NCBI GenBank assembly: GCA_964016885.1
Contig: OZ024743.1
Location: 378,572,001 to 378,636,000 of the forward strand
DNA from: Eledone cirrhosa
Taxonomy: Eukaryota
Direction: 5' to 3'
DNA: 64,000 bases
Shown here: one piece after another, positions 17,046 through 28,597 of the stretch
Layout: every line of letters begins with the position of its first letter
How positions within the stretch are numbered: position 1 is the stretch's first letter
The notes under the pieces: model-generated
The model's input: the letters and a program-made list of their open reading frames with translations, nothing else
Databases searched by the model: none
What the model was told of the DNA's origin: nothing
Made by a program: the position numbers and the translations under genes

Positions 17046-17344
17046 TATATATCTCTTTCTTATTTCCTCTCTCTCACTTTCTAACTTTCTCTGGAAGAAA
17101 TCTGCTGTAGTCAAACCTGGAGAGAGATGGGCTCTGCCAGGCTTAAAATGCCCAAGAAATGCCCCTATGACTCTATCAAGAGTTATAGGACCATACATAC
17201 ATACTATACAACTTAGAGCTAGAGTATAGTCACATGTAAATAAATCTTATGGGGTTCTCACATTTTAAAATTTCAAACACTCCTAGCACTTTGATAATTC
17301 ATAAGGTTTATTTACATCCTATGTAATGATATGTATTATTCTAA

Positions 17345-17554
<210 letters not shown>

Positions 17555-17559
17555 TGAAA

Positions 17560-17870
17560 ACTTCATAAGTTAAATTTAAACTTGTTATCAGCTCCCATGA
17601 CTTTCGGAAACATTTTTTCATGCTCAGAGTTACTGAAGCATGGAACAAACTACCTGTATAGGTTATTAGCTGTCGGGACACTGCTTCCCGAAATTCGCCA
17701 ACACTACACCTGATATTCTGCCTCCATACACACGCACGTATGTATCTGTGTGTATATCGTGATTCATACACTGTTCACTTTCCTGGTATTTGTACATTAT
17801 TCTATGTACTATATACAAACCTTTGATGACTTGTAGTACACTTGAGCACTGTACACAATCATTTTCATTT
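17560..17870 (+). mobile_element. CR1-like LINE 3' fragment
   Basis: Translates HDFRKHFFMLRVTEAWNKLP, the typical CR1 C-terminal FF..RV...WN.LP motif. Its tail (ttgtagtacacttgagcactgtacacaat) recurs in reverse near 44640, 45120, 51935 and 54410. Confidence 0.65.
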
Positions 17871-18012
17871 ACGGGGTCGCTAAAATAAAGTACCAGTAAT
17901 GTACTGGGATAATTGCTGGCCTTGTGCCAAAAAGTAGAAACAATTATATTATTAAATATTCAAATATTTTTTTGTTTTATTTTTACTTTATTTTATACAA
18001 ATATTTTAATGA

Positions 18013-18441
<429 letters not shown>

Positions 18442-18591
18442 ACAGTGTTTATTACTGATACTGATGATTACGATTCCACAACCACTGAAATACACTATTT
18501 TCTATTTAATTAATGAGGAATTTGGAAGGATTTACTAAGCTTTTTTTATTTAAATAGAAACCATTTAAAATTAGTGGGTTTTAATTTATAG

Positions 18592-18909
<318 letters not shown>

Positions 18910-19141
18910 TAATAAATCTCTCTTTCTCTCACTACCCTCTCGTTCTCCCTCTTTCTTTCTGTCTCTTTGTCTGTCTATCTATGTATCTATATATCTATCT
19001 ATCAGTCTGTCTATCTGTATTTCTGTCTATCTGTCTAACTATCTATCTATTTGTCTGTCTGTCCATCTATCTATCTGTCTACTTGATGTAGCTTATGTTG
19101 TGTCTTATAAATAATTGAATTTCTTTTCTTTTTCTCTATAG

Positions 19142-19229
19142 ATTTGTGAAAACCAGGTTACCATTTGTTAATCAGAACCCCAGAGATAAGAATCCAAACC
19201 CATCTTATCATTATGTCTGGGGTACTAAG
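19142..19229 (+). CDS. CYFIP: CYFIP exon: FVKTRLPFVNQNPRDKNPNPSYHYVWGTK
   Basis: Polypyrimidine-tag acceptor and AAG|gtaggt donor. Its 88 nt restore frame after the phase-2 intron. Homologous to [29 protein letters not shown]. Not in the ORF track. Confidence 0.93.
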
Positions 19230-20112
19230 GTAGGTTGATGTCCAGTCTTTTATTCTTTTATTGAATTTACTCATTGGACTGCAGCCATGCTGGGGCACTA
19301 CCTATAAGGGTTTTTTAATTGATAATATCCACCTCATTACTTATTTCAGCCTATTTAATAAATGGCTAAGTTAATCTTTTGACATAAGGAAGGAAACCTA
19401 ATATAGCGTTTTACACTATATTATGTTTACAGTCAGGTACAGGCCATGACTGAAGTATATATATAGTATACACCACCCCACCCACTCCCATACATCTCCC
19501 ATAGGGACAAGCTGAAATATATATCTAGTGAAGCCTCCAACCTACACTGTAAAGTGGTCGTGTAGGTGTCATGACAAAAAGCACCCAGTACTTGCTGTAT
19601 CAGCAAGACATGGTCACCTGACCTAGCATTGCTCAACACAGGAAACCTTGTCTAACACATGCTAGCGTGGAAAAATGGATGTTAAATGGTGTTGATGATG
19701 ACGACACTGGTATACACAAACACACTTGAGACTTTGGCCATGCCTGACCATGGGTTGTATCTATGTTGTTCTAGGTTTTGTTTGGTTGGAGTGATACTCT
19801 CTGTTACAAAGGTCACATCTGTGTGTGTTCATTAATCTGTACATTCTCTTTAGCATGAGCAGAAATATTTGTTTACGTTCCTGCTTAAAGAGAGATTCCA
19901 CCACTCAGAAAGGAGGGTTAACCTCATCAAGGGCATCTGACTTGAGAAGTCCACCTTAAAAGGTCTTGTCCAACCCATGTTAGCTTTGAAAAACAGACAT
20001 AAAACTGATTGTAGTTAGGGAAATGGTGGTGGTGATGTTGATGATGATGGTGGTGGTGGTGGTGGTCTTTATGGTGTTTATGATGATAGTGAGATAATGG
20101 TGAGGTTGATGA

Positions 20113-20418
<306 letters not shown>

Positions 20419-20874
20419 TAAAGACATAAATAACCAAGAATTATGGCAGCAAACTCCACAGCCTGTCCATGACAAAATTATCTAGAGTGAATGGAAATAG
20501 ATTAATCACACCCTTTGATAACCCGCATCTAGTACCACAAGTATTCCCTAACCTGAAACCCATAGGAGAAAAGTAAAAGAGGAAAGCCTATGGATACCTG
20601 TCACTCTGATCTGGAGGCACAAGCAAAGAGGTTGATACATTCCTGGGGACAGTCGGAGCAACTAGACCAAGATTGTGATGGTTGGAGAAAACTTGGTGGC
20701 CCATGCTTCAGAAGAGGACCCATATAAAACTACCTAAATTAACAATGATCCCAACTAAATTGGAATATTTGGTTTTATGGCAGTTGTTTAACCCATTTCA
20801 TACCAAGTCGTCACCTGAAACTGCTCTCAGTCCCCTGGTACTAAACTGTTTATTTTTTATATTTACCTGTGAAG

Positions 20875-21155
20875 ACGCATGGGTTTGTGGTTAGGGTATT
20901 CAACTTGCGATCGTAAGGTTTGATTCCTGGCAGTGTGTTGCTCCAGTCAACTTAGCTGGTAAAAATAAGTTGTATCTGTAATTCAAAGGGTCAGTCTTGT
21001 CACATTCTGTGTCACACTGAATCTCCCTGAGAACTATGTTAAGAATATGTGTGCCTGCGGAATGCTCAGCCACTTGCACGTTAATTTCATGAGTAGGCTT
21101 TCAGTTAACCATATCAACTGGAACACTCATCATCATAACTGATGGAGTGCCAGTA
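20875..21155 (+). mobile_element. tRNA-derived SINE inserted in a TTAA-type MITE
   Basis: Head gtggttagggtattcaacttgcgatcgtaaggtttgattcc. Flanks resemble a duplicated tatttttat and belong to a repeat starting ttaacccatttcatacc at ~20787. Confidence 0.55.
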
Positions 21156-21817
21156 GTTATTTTTATCTAGTAGTTATTTTCCATAGTTTTATGTAAGAAG
21201 CGTTATGTTCCAAACACCAACTTAATGATGAGAAAGTTAGTTATATAACTAAATCCCCTCAAATTCTTGATTATTTTCAAAATGATTTGAAAATCATAGG
21301 TATACTTTCATTAGAAGTATTGTAACAAAATGTTTAAATTCCAAACACCAACTTAATAATGAGAAAGTTAGTTATGAATCCATTCAAATTCTTGATTATT
21401 TTCAAAATCATTTCAAAATCAAAGGCAGTGTCTTTTATTTGAAATATGGTAAAGAATGGGTAAAAATCAGTTTTGTATCATAAAACTAGTGGTAGTGTCA
21501 GGTGGGCTGATGTTAAAATGGTTAATTAAAACAAGGGGTTTTACAACATAAAATTGGAGCAGTTTGTCTCACAATTGCTATCAGGGAAAACAGACATTAT
21601 ATGATGATAATGGTGATGGGATGACCTTCTCTCTCCAGCTGAAAGGTATTACAATGGATTACAGAGGCAGTTTGTATGGGTTGGTATCAAAAAGGGTAAT
21701 ATCTCTGATCATGTTCAACCCTTGCTAGCAAAGCAAACATGTTAAATAATGTTGGTGATAGTTCTCTCTTTCACTCTCTCTCTCCATCCCTCTTTCACTC
21801 ACTCACTCTCTCTCTAG

Positions 21818-21913
<96 letters not shown>

Positions 21914-22007
21914 TAAATATTCTTCATTGTATGACTGTGTTTGCAGTGCTGTTGCAAGCCTGGCCAAAGGGTTGGGCTTCTCTCCTTAAAAAACCATCTA
22001 CATTGCT

Positions 22008-22342
22008 TAGTGGTTAGAGCATTGGCCTTGCAATCGAAAGGTTGTGAGTTCAATTCTCAGACCGGGTGATGTGTTGTGTTGTTTCCTTGAGCAAGACACT
22101 TTATTTCACATTGCTCCAGTTTACTCAGCTGTAGAAATGAGATGATAGGGACTGGGGTCCCTATCATTCCACTGTAAAGTGGTCGTGGAGGTGCCACGGC
22201 AAAAAAGCACCCAGCACTCACTGTAAATGAGGTCGGTGTTAGGAAGGGCATCCAGCTGTAGAAATCAAGCCAGAATCAGTTCCTGTCCCACCCTTGCAAG
22301 CAGGGAAAAGCGGACGTAAAATGATGATGATGATGATGATGA
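22008..22342 (+). mobile_element. Chimeric SINE: tRNA head, CORE-like body, RTE-derived tail ending in (GAT)n
   Basis: tagtggttagagc...gagttcaattc (A/B boxes) and ccttgagcaagacactt core. The 3' half matches RTE 3' sequences elsewhere in the window. Confidence 0.8.
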
Positions 22343-22791
22343 TTGCATCTTCAAATTCTATTGTGTACTTCATTGAAAAGTCTTCTCCTGGTTTTTTAAC
22401 CATGAACATTTAACATATATATTCTTCCTTGTATTCCTTTACTGGTTTCACTCATTAGACTTAGGCCATGCTGGGGAGTCAACTACATTGAGCACCCAGT
22501 ACTTATTTCATTAATCTCTGTTTTTGGACAGATAAGTTACAGGACATAACCAAACTGAAAGGTAAACATATAGCCCTTGCTAACAGGGAGAAATGGACAT
22601 ATGATGATGGTCATCATCAATCTTCCACGCTAGCATGGGTTTGTCCCATTTAGAAGCAAGTTGGGTTGGGTGACTGTGTCTCGCTCATATATATATCATC
22701 ATCATAACACATATACATTGAAACCCATTACTATTGACTCAATATAATCAACTATTTCCCTCTTCCAAAATCGGAAGTTTTTTGCCTATGT

Positions 22792-22984
22792 TAACCCTTT
22801 AGCATTTACATTACTCTATATTTACTATTATATTTTCACGGTAAAGGCTTATGAGATTTTGATATTATTTATTTTGAGAACAATACCTCAACATCAGCAT
22901 GAGTGCCCGGTTATAGCCGATTTGAACAGAAAGAGGTTAGAGAATTCTGACCGGATACGGTCGGTTTAAATATTAATGGGTTAA
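22792..22984. mobile_element. TTAA-flanked MITE (piggyBac-like termini)
   Basis: ttaa|ccctttagcattt ... aaatattaatggg|ttaa. Related copies at ~47760-47972 and inverted at ~27620-27831. Confidence 0.65.
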
Positions 22985-22989
22985 ATAAA

Positions 22990-23430
22990 GGGCAGTGGAT
23001 TATCAGACTTGTTAGAACATCTGATAGAATGCTTTGTGGTATTTGTTTCTACTCTCTATGATCTAGTGGTAAGGGTATTGGACATATGATCATAATGTTG
23101 TGAATTTGATTCCTGGGCTGGGTTGTGTGTTGTGTTCCTGAGCAAAACATTTCATTTCGCATTGCTCCTGTATACTCAGCTGAAAATGCATACTAGTAAT
23201 AGCTGGGGGTTTAACCCTGCGATAGACTGGCATCCTGTCCAGGAGTGGGGTCTGGTACTCTCAGTTGCTTAATGCCATGACAAGCCTCCTGGCTTGAGAC
23301 AGAATGTATGGTCTGAGTTCAAATTACGCCAAGATCAGCCTTGCCTTTGATCTTTCCAGGAGTCAATAAAATAAAGTACCTGTTATGATTTAATTGGCTA
23401 TTCCCCTCACCACTCTTAAATTAGAAACTT
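22990..23430 (+). mobile_element. SINE family 1 copy interrupted by a nested CORE-like SINE (23065-23306)
   Basis: The family-1 head and B-box/body are separated by a second SINE. Target duplication tatgatct (23057) / tatggtct (23307). Confidence 0.65.
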
Positions 23431-23462
23431 ATTATTAATAATGTTATTGTTGATGTTATTAG

Positions 23463-23593
23463 GTGTCATGGCTTACTACCAAGCACAGCTAAACGACATG
23501 ATTCAATACCCTGATCTGAAAACTGAAGTTTTCCAGAGCTTTCGTGAAGTGGGGAATGCAATTCTGTTTTGCATGTTGGTGGAGCAATCATTA
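23463..23593 (+). CDS. CYFIP: CYFIP exon: (G)[43 protein letters not shown]
   Basis: ttag/gtaagt, 131 nt. Conserved [15 protein letters not shown]. Confidence 0.96.
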
Positions 23594-24276
23594 GTAAGTA
23601 CTATATTTATTTATTATTATTATCATTATTGTTATATTACTGTTGTGTGGTACTGTAGTTGTTATATTACTGTTGTATGGTACAGCAGTCGTATTTTAGT
23701 TGGGTTTTTTTTTTTCCCATTCATACTTAAGAACATTTTGTCATGTTCTAAAAACCAACTTAATAAAAAAGTTAGTTATTTTACTAAATCCTTCTGAATT
23801 CCTCATTATTTTCTAAGTGATTGACAACCATAGGCAGTATCTTACATTAGCAATATGGTAATGAGGGAGTAAAGCTGGTGTTTGGAGCAAAACTTAACAA
23901 AGGTTTTTACATAAAATTATGAGGCAAAAAGCCTCATTACACTTACGTTTTGCAAACAAATTGAATATTATTCAATACAAAACTCAGAAATACATTTACG
24001 TATATTAGAGGGAAAAACCAAATTCTGATTTATTTTACTAATTTTCAGCAAAGCTGATGTATACTTTAGAGAATACCATATATTCTCAAGAGTTCTAATG
24101 TGTGACAGAGAAGAGAGATACACATTCTTAACAAAGGGCAATAGCCCAGAAACAATATTGTTGATTGTTTCTGTCACTACTAGAACAAAAGGATGGCAAT
24201 GGTCATCTAAAGAATATACATAATGAAGCTGTTTGCTTGCAAACGAATCAAATATTATTATTATTCAATATACTGT

Positions 24277-24472
24277 GGGCGGTGGATTGGCAGTATCGGT
24301 AGAAGGTCGGACGCCATGCTTTCCAGCATAGTTACGTCCCTTTACGATCTGAGTTCAAATCCCGCCGAGGTTGACTTTGCCTTTCATCCTTACGGGGTCG
24401 ATAAAATAAAGTACCAGTAATGCACTGGGTAATTTGCTGGCCTTGTGCCTAAAGTAGAAACAATTATTATTC
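24277..24472 (+). mobile_element. tRNA-derived SINE, family 1, near full length
   Basis: ggcggtggattggcagtatcggtag ... gagttcaaatccc ... tail aaagtagaaacaattattatt. Flanked by repeated ttattattcaatata. Confidence 0.8.
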
Positions 24473-24648
24473 AATATAAAACTCACAAATACATTTACGT
24501 ATCTGCTATGTTAAAGCAAAAAAAAAACAAATTATTTGATGGAATATTATAAGATAAATATGATTGCCAGGAGTTGAATAAGTTTTAAAGTTTACTGAGA
24601 TTTGTTTTTACTGTCTTTAATGATTCCAAATATTTCTGTTTTATCTAG

Positions 24649-24727
24649 ACCCAGGAAGAAGTGTGTGACTTGAAGCATGCGGCACCATTCCAGAATGTTA
24701 TTCCAAAGCCATATATACCAATCAAAG
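24649..24727 (+). CDS. CYFIP: CYFIP exon: TQEEVCDLKHAAPFQNVIPKPYIPIK(E)
   Basis: ctag/gtaatg, 79 nt. Conserved EEVCDL.HAAPFQN. Confidence 0.95.
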
Positions 24728-24919
24728 GTAATGAAGTTATTTCTATAATAGTGACAGTTCACCAATCACACAAACACTATCTCCTATCAAAAATGTTTCA
24801 AAGCTATTGAAATTGACAGTTATAGGGTCAAAGAAGCAATCAAGGAGATGAAAAACTGTAAAGCTGCAGGGCTGTCACATATCACCTATCAAAACAGGAC
24901 AATGGAAAAACAGACAGTC

Positions 24920-24983
<64 letters not shown>

Positions 24984-25012
24984 ATGTGTACTCTAACATT
25001 GATGTTTATTTA

Positions 25013-27278
25013 ATCATCACCGTTTTACGTCCGTTCTTCCACGCTAGCATGGGTTAGACGGGTTGTCCTGTTGTGGGCAGTGTCTGGTCGGCTGACCATG
25101 CCTTGCTCATACAGGAACTGATCTGGCTTGATTTCTACAGCTGGATGCCCTTCCTAACACCAACCTCATTTACAGTGAGTGCTGGGTGCTTTTTCGTGGC
25201 GCCTACACGTCCACTTTACAGTGTGGGCTGGGTGCTTTTTTGCCGTGGCACCTCCACGACCACCTTGCGGTGGGGTGGGGGGGGGGGGGGGGCATATTGT
25301 TTATATGCTTCAGCATGTACCCATGGGAGGTCGGGTACCCTGTATTACTGCGTGACGCCAGAAGTCACGGTCGTGTGTCATTGACTTTGAGAGGTGTAGT
25401 TGGGTAAGGTCGGCTTTTATCACCTCATCCCAAGTCATCTTGGGTCTCCCCACTCCGCGGTTTCCATCAACTTCTAGTGCTCTGCACCTTTTTATGCAGC
25501 TGTCATCCTTCATACGCATCACATGTCCATACCAGCGTAACCGCCTCTCCTGCATGCAGCATTTGATTCCTTTTATGCTCAGTCTCTCTCTCAATTCCTT
25601 TATGCTTTGTCGTTCACGTATATTACTGTTACACATCCATCGGAGCATGCAGGCTTCGTTTCTCTCTAATCTACGTAAGTCTTCCACCTTCAGCGCCCAG
25701 GTCTCACTACCATGCAACATCGCTGTTCGGATACACGCATCATACAGTCTGCCTTTCATTCTGAGAGAGAAGCCTTTTGCAGCTAGCAGTGGTAGTAGTT
25801 CCCTAAACTTCTTCCATCCCGTTCTTACCCTAGTTATTGTACTTTCTGAGCACCCACCTCCGTTGCTAATTCGGTCACCTAGGTAGCAGAAGCTGTCTAC
25901 TGTTTCTACAGGGCCCTCCCAGAGATTGGTGGTACTTGTTTCCTGTGGCTGTTTGCTTGCTGTTTCAGCACAGCTGCTGCATGTGAATCCTACATTCTTA
26001 ATTAAGCTTCCTGAGATCCCGCTACATCTCTTGTGTACCCATTGTTTGCATTTGGGGCAGAGAATGGAGTTCCTACCTACACCTTTCCTACATACTGAGC
26101 AAGGCCATTTCCCTGAGGGGATCTGGGTTCTGTTTTCTCGTCTACTTATAAGGACCTTAGTCTTTGTCATGTTGACTTTGAGGCCCTTTCTCTCTAGTCC
26201 CTGCTTCCAGGTTTGGAATTTATTCTCTAGTTCTACCATAGATTCAGCTATGAGTGCGAGGTCATCAGCATACAGGAGTTCCCATGGGCATCCGGTCTTA
26301 AACTCCTCCGTTATTGCCTGCAGGACTATGATGAACAGGAGAGGGCTAAGAACAGAGCCCTGGTGGACCCCAACCTGTACGCTAAATTCCTCGCTATACT
26401 CATTGCCAATCCTAACTTTGCTGACTGCTCCCCTATACATGGCTTGTACCGCTTTCACAAGCCATTCATCTACTCCTAGTTTTCTAAGAGCCCACCAGAT
26501 TACTGCACGTGGAACTCTGTCAAAGGCTTTCTCAAGGTCGACAAATGCCAAGTAGAGTGGCTTACTTTTAGCTAGGTACTTTTCCTGTAATTGCCCCACA
26601 AGGAAGAGGGCATCAGTGGTGCCTTTCCCTGGTACAAACCCAAATTGCATCTCGTCTATATTCACCCGGTCCCTAATCAGCTGTGCTATAACTCTTTCTG
26701 TTACTTTCATGACCTGGTCCATCAACTTTATACCTCTATAGTTTCCTCTATCTAGTGCATCGCCTTTACCTTTGTAGCAGTTGACAATGATGCTACTGCA
26801 CCAATCTTTTGGTATGGCCCCCTCTAGTATTACCTGGTTAACGATACGTGTGGTTATAGTGTGACCTACAGACCCAGATGCCTTCAGCATCTCGGCAGCT
26901 ATACCCGATGGACCGGTTGCCTTCCCTATCTTCATATCTCTGATTGCCTTACTTACTACGCTGCCGCTGACTTGTACTGCTGGTCCCTCTATAGGGTCTA
27001 CGTGGGGTAGGGTCTCTTCTTCCCATGCATTCTCCTCATTTAGTAATCTATCATAATGACTCTTCCATGCATCTTTCTTCTCAGCACTTGTGAGGGCAAG
27101 CTCACCTTTATCATTCCGGATACACTTCTCTCCAATGACATCACAACTATCTCTGACACACTGCCTCGCAATCTTGAATACCTCCTGTTTCTGGTCCTCA
27201 CGTTGTAAAAGATGCTTGAATTTTCTATCCTCTGCTTCCCTCCTAACTAAGTATACATGTCGCCTAGCTTCCCTCTTG
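25013..27278 (-). mobile_element. RTE-clade LINE, subfamily A, 5'-truncated, uninterrupted ORF (linker, RT, PHD finger, C-terminus) and ~300-nt 3' UTR
   Basis: ORF 25310-26935 has RT motifs QFGF, FVDLEKAFD, GVHQGSVLSPLLF, LYADD and the RTE-type C-terminus [10 protein letters not shown]...GRPK.TW. The frame stays open up to the truncation. Short GAT tail near a (TA)n tract. Confidence 0.95.
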
Positions 27279-27889
27279 GGAATATATAAAATATATAAAA
27301 CAATTGAAAGTAAGTACTGGGATTGATATGATTGACTAAATCTCTTGAAGGCAATATCCCAACATGGCTGCTGTCCAATGACTGCAATCAGTAAGACTTT
27401 TAAGAATTATGAAATATGATGAGTTGATTTTCTCTGTATATTCAGAAACCATCAACAGAAAAAGGTGATGGTTATGGTTAACTAGTTAAATTAGCAACAA
27501 GCTAATAAACATTGAAGATATGGTGTTCATTATTCAATTAGCAACAGGTTAACGAACATTAACTCTACAAAGTTCACTATTTGGTTGTTGTAATGTTGTT
27601 AGTGTGTTGTTGTTTGTAAGAACTCTTTAGCATTTAAACCAGCTGTATCTAGCCAGAATTCTCTCACCTTTTTCTGTTCAAACTGGCCGTAACCGACTGT
27701 TCAAACTTATGTTAGGGTATTGTTTTCAAATTAAATCTCAAAATTTTGTAGATTTGATGTTATATGAGATAAAGTGTTTACTGTGAAAATACAAAAGTAA
27801 ATATAGAGTAATGTAAATGTTAAAGGGTTAAGGGACTTGTGTATGTTGACTTTTTTTAAAAAGTAATTCCTTTTGTTTTGTTCTTGTAG

Positions 27890-28005
27890 AGGGAGACAGC
27901 CGCAAAGAAAAGGAACAGGAGTTGAAGCTTCTAATGAAACGTCTTGAAGCTAAATATTCCTCCCTGCAAGTGGTTAATGTTGTGATGAAACTTGGCAATC
28001 AAAAG
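27890..28005 (+). CDS. CYFIP: CYFIP exon: (E)GDSRKEKEQELKLLMKRLEAKYSSLQVVNVVMKLGNQK
   Basis: tgtag acceptor and AAG|gttatt donor, 116 nt, frame-consistent. Matches [24 protein letters not shown]. Confidence 0.93.
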
Positions 28006-28036
28006 GTTATTATATCTTTACACATTTCTCTCTTTT

Positions 28037-28039
<3 letters not shown>

Positions 28040-28067
<28 letters not shown>

Positions 28068-28542
28068 GTGAATATATGTATGATATGTGTGTGTATATGT
28101 GTATGCGTATGTATGTGTTTTTGTATATGTATATTTATGTATGAGAGTGTGTGTATGTATTTATTTTTACGTATGTATGTGTACGTGCATTTGTGTGTAT
28201 TGCTTACTACGTGTGTTTGTTCATTTATTTGTTGCCTGTATCGCTGTCAACACTATAATAATCTTTATATTCATTTTTATTATTTTTTTATTATTATATA
28301 TCTTTTCTTATATTTATTTGTGTGTGAGTATGTAGGTGTGTATATATTTCTATATTTGTGCATGCGTATGTATACGTGTATATATGTGTGTATGTATGTA
28401 CGTGTGTATATACATATGATTGTGTGTATGTATGTATGTATGTGTATGTATATATGTATGTATGTATATATATATATATATATATATATCTATATATATA
28501 TGTGTGTGTGTATGTGTATATATGTATCTGTGTATGTATGTA

Positions 28543-28574
<32 letters not shown>

Positions 28575-28597
28575 TCTGTGTGTATGTATGTATATGT
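28040..28597. repeat. Compound (TA)n/(TG)n/(TATG)n microsatellite
   Basis: Read directly. It produces the low-complexity ORFs at 28068-28766. Confidence 0.9.

Noticed and set aside
22008-22060. tRNA gene candidates at A/B-box motifs (also 24277, 46614, 46852)
   Set aside because: No complete cloverleaf is visible, and each continues into a repeated SINE body.
25440-26555. Antisense ORFs overlapping the RT (also 29249-30394, 37131-37793, 59724-60491, 62076-63020)
   Set aside because: They are shadow frames of the LINE ORF, with no independent homology and inconsistent extents between subfamilies.
27446-27476. Possible CYFIP microexon (ttcag|AAACCATCAACAGAAAAAG|gtgatg)
   Set aside because: The candidate lengths of 19, 25 or 31 nt are not multiples of three, and the flanking exons already join in frame.
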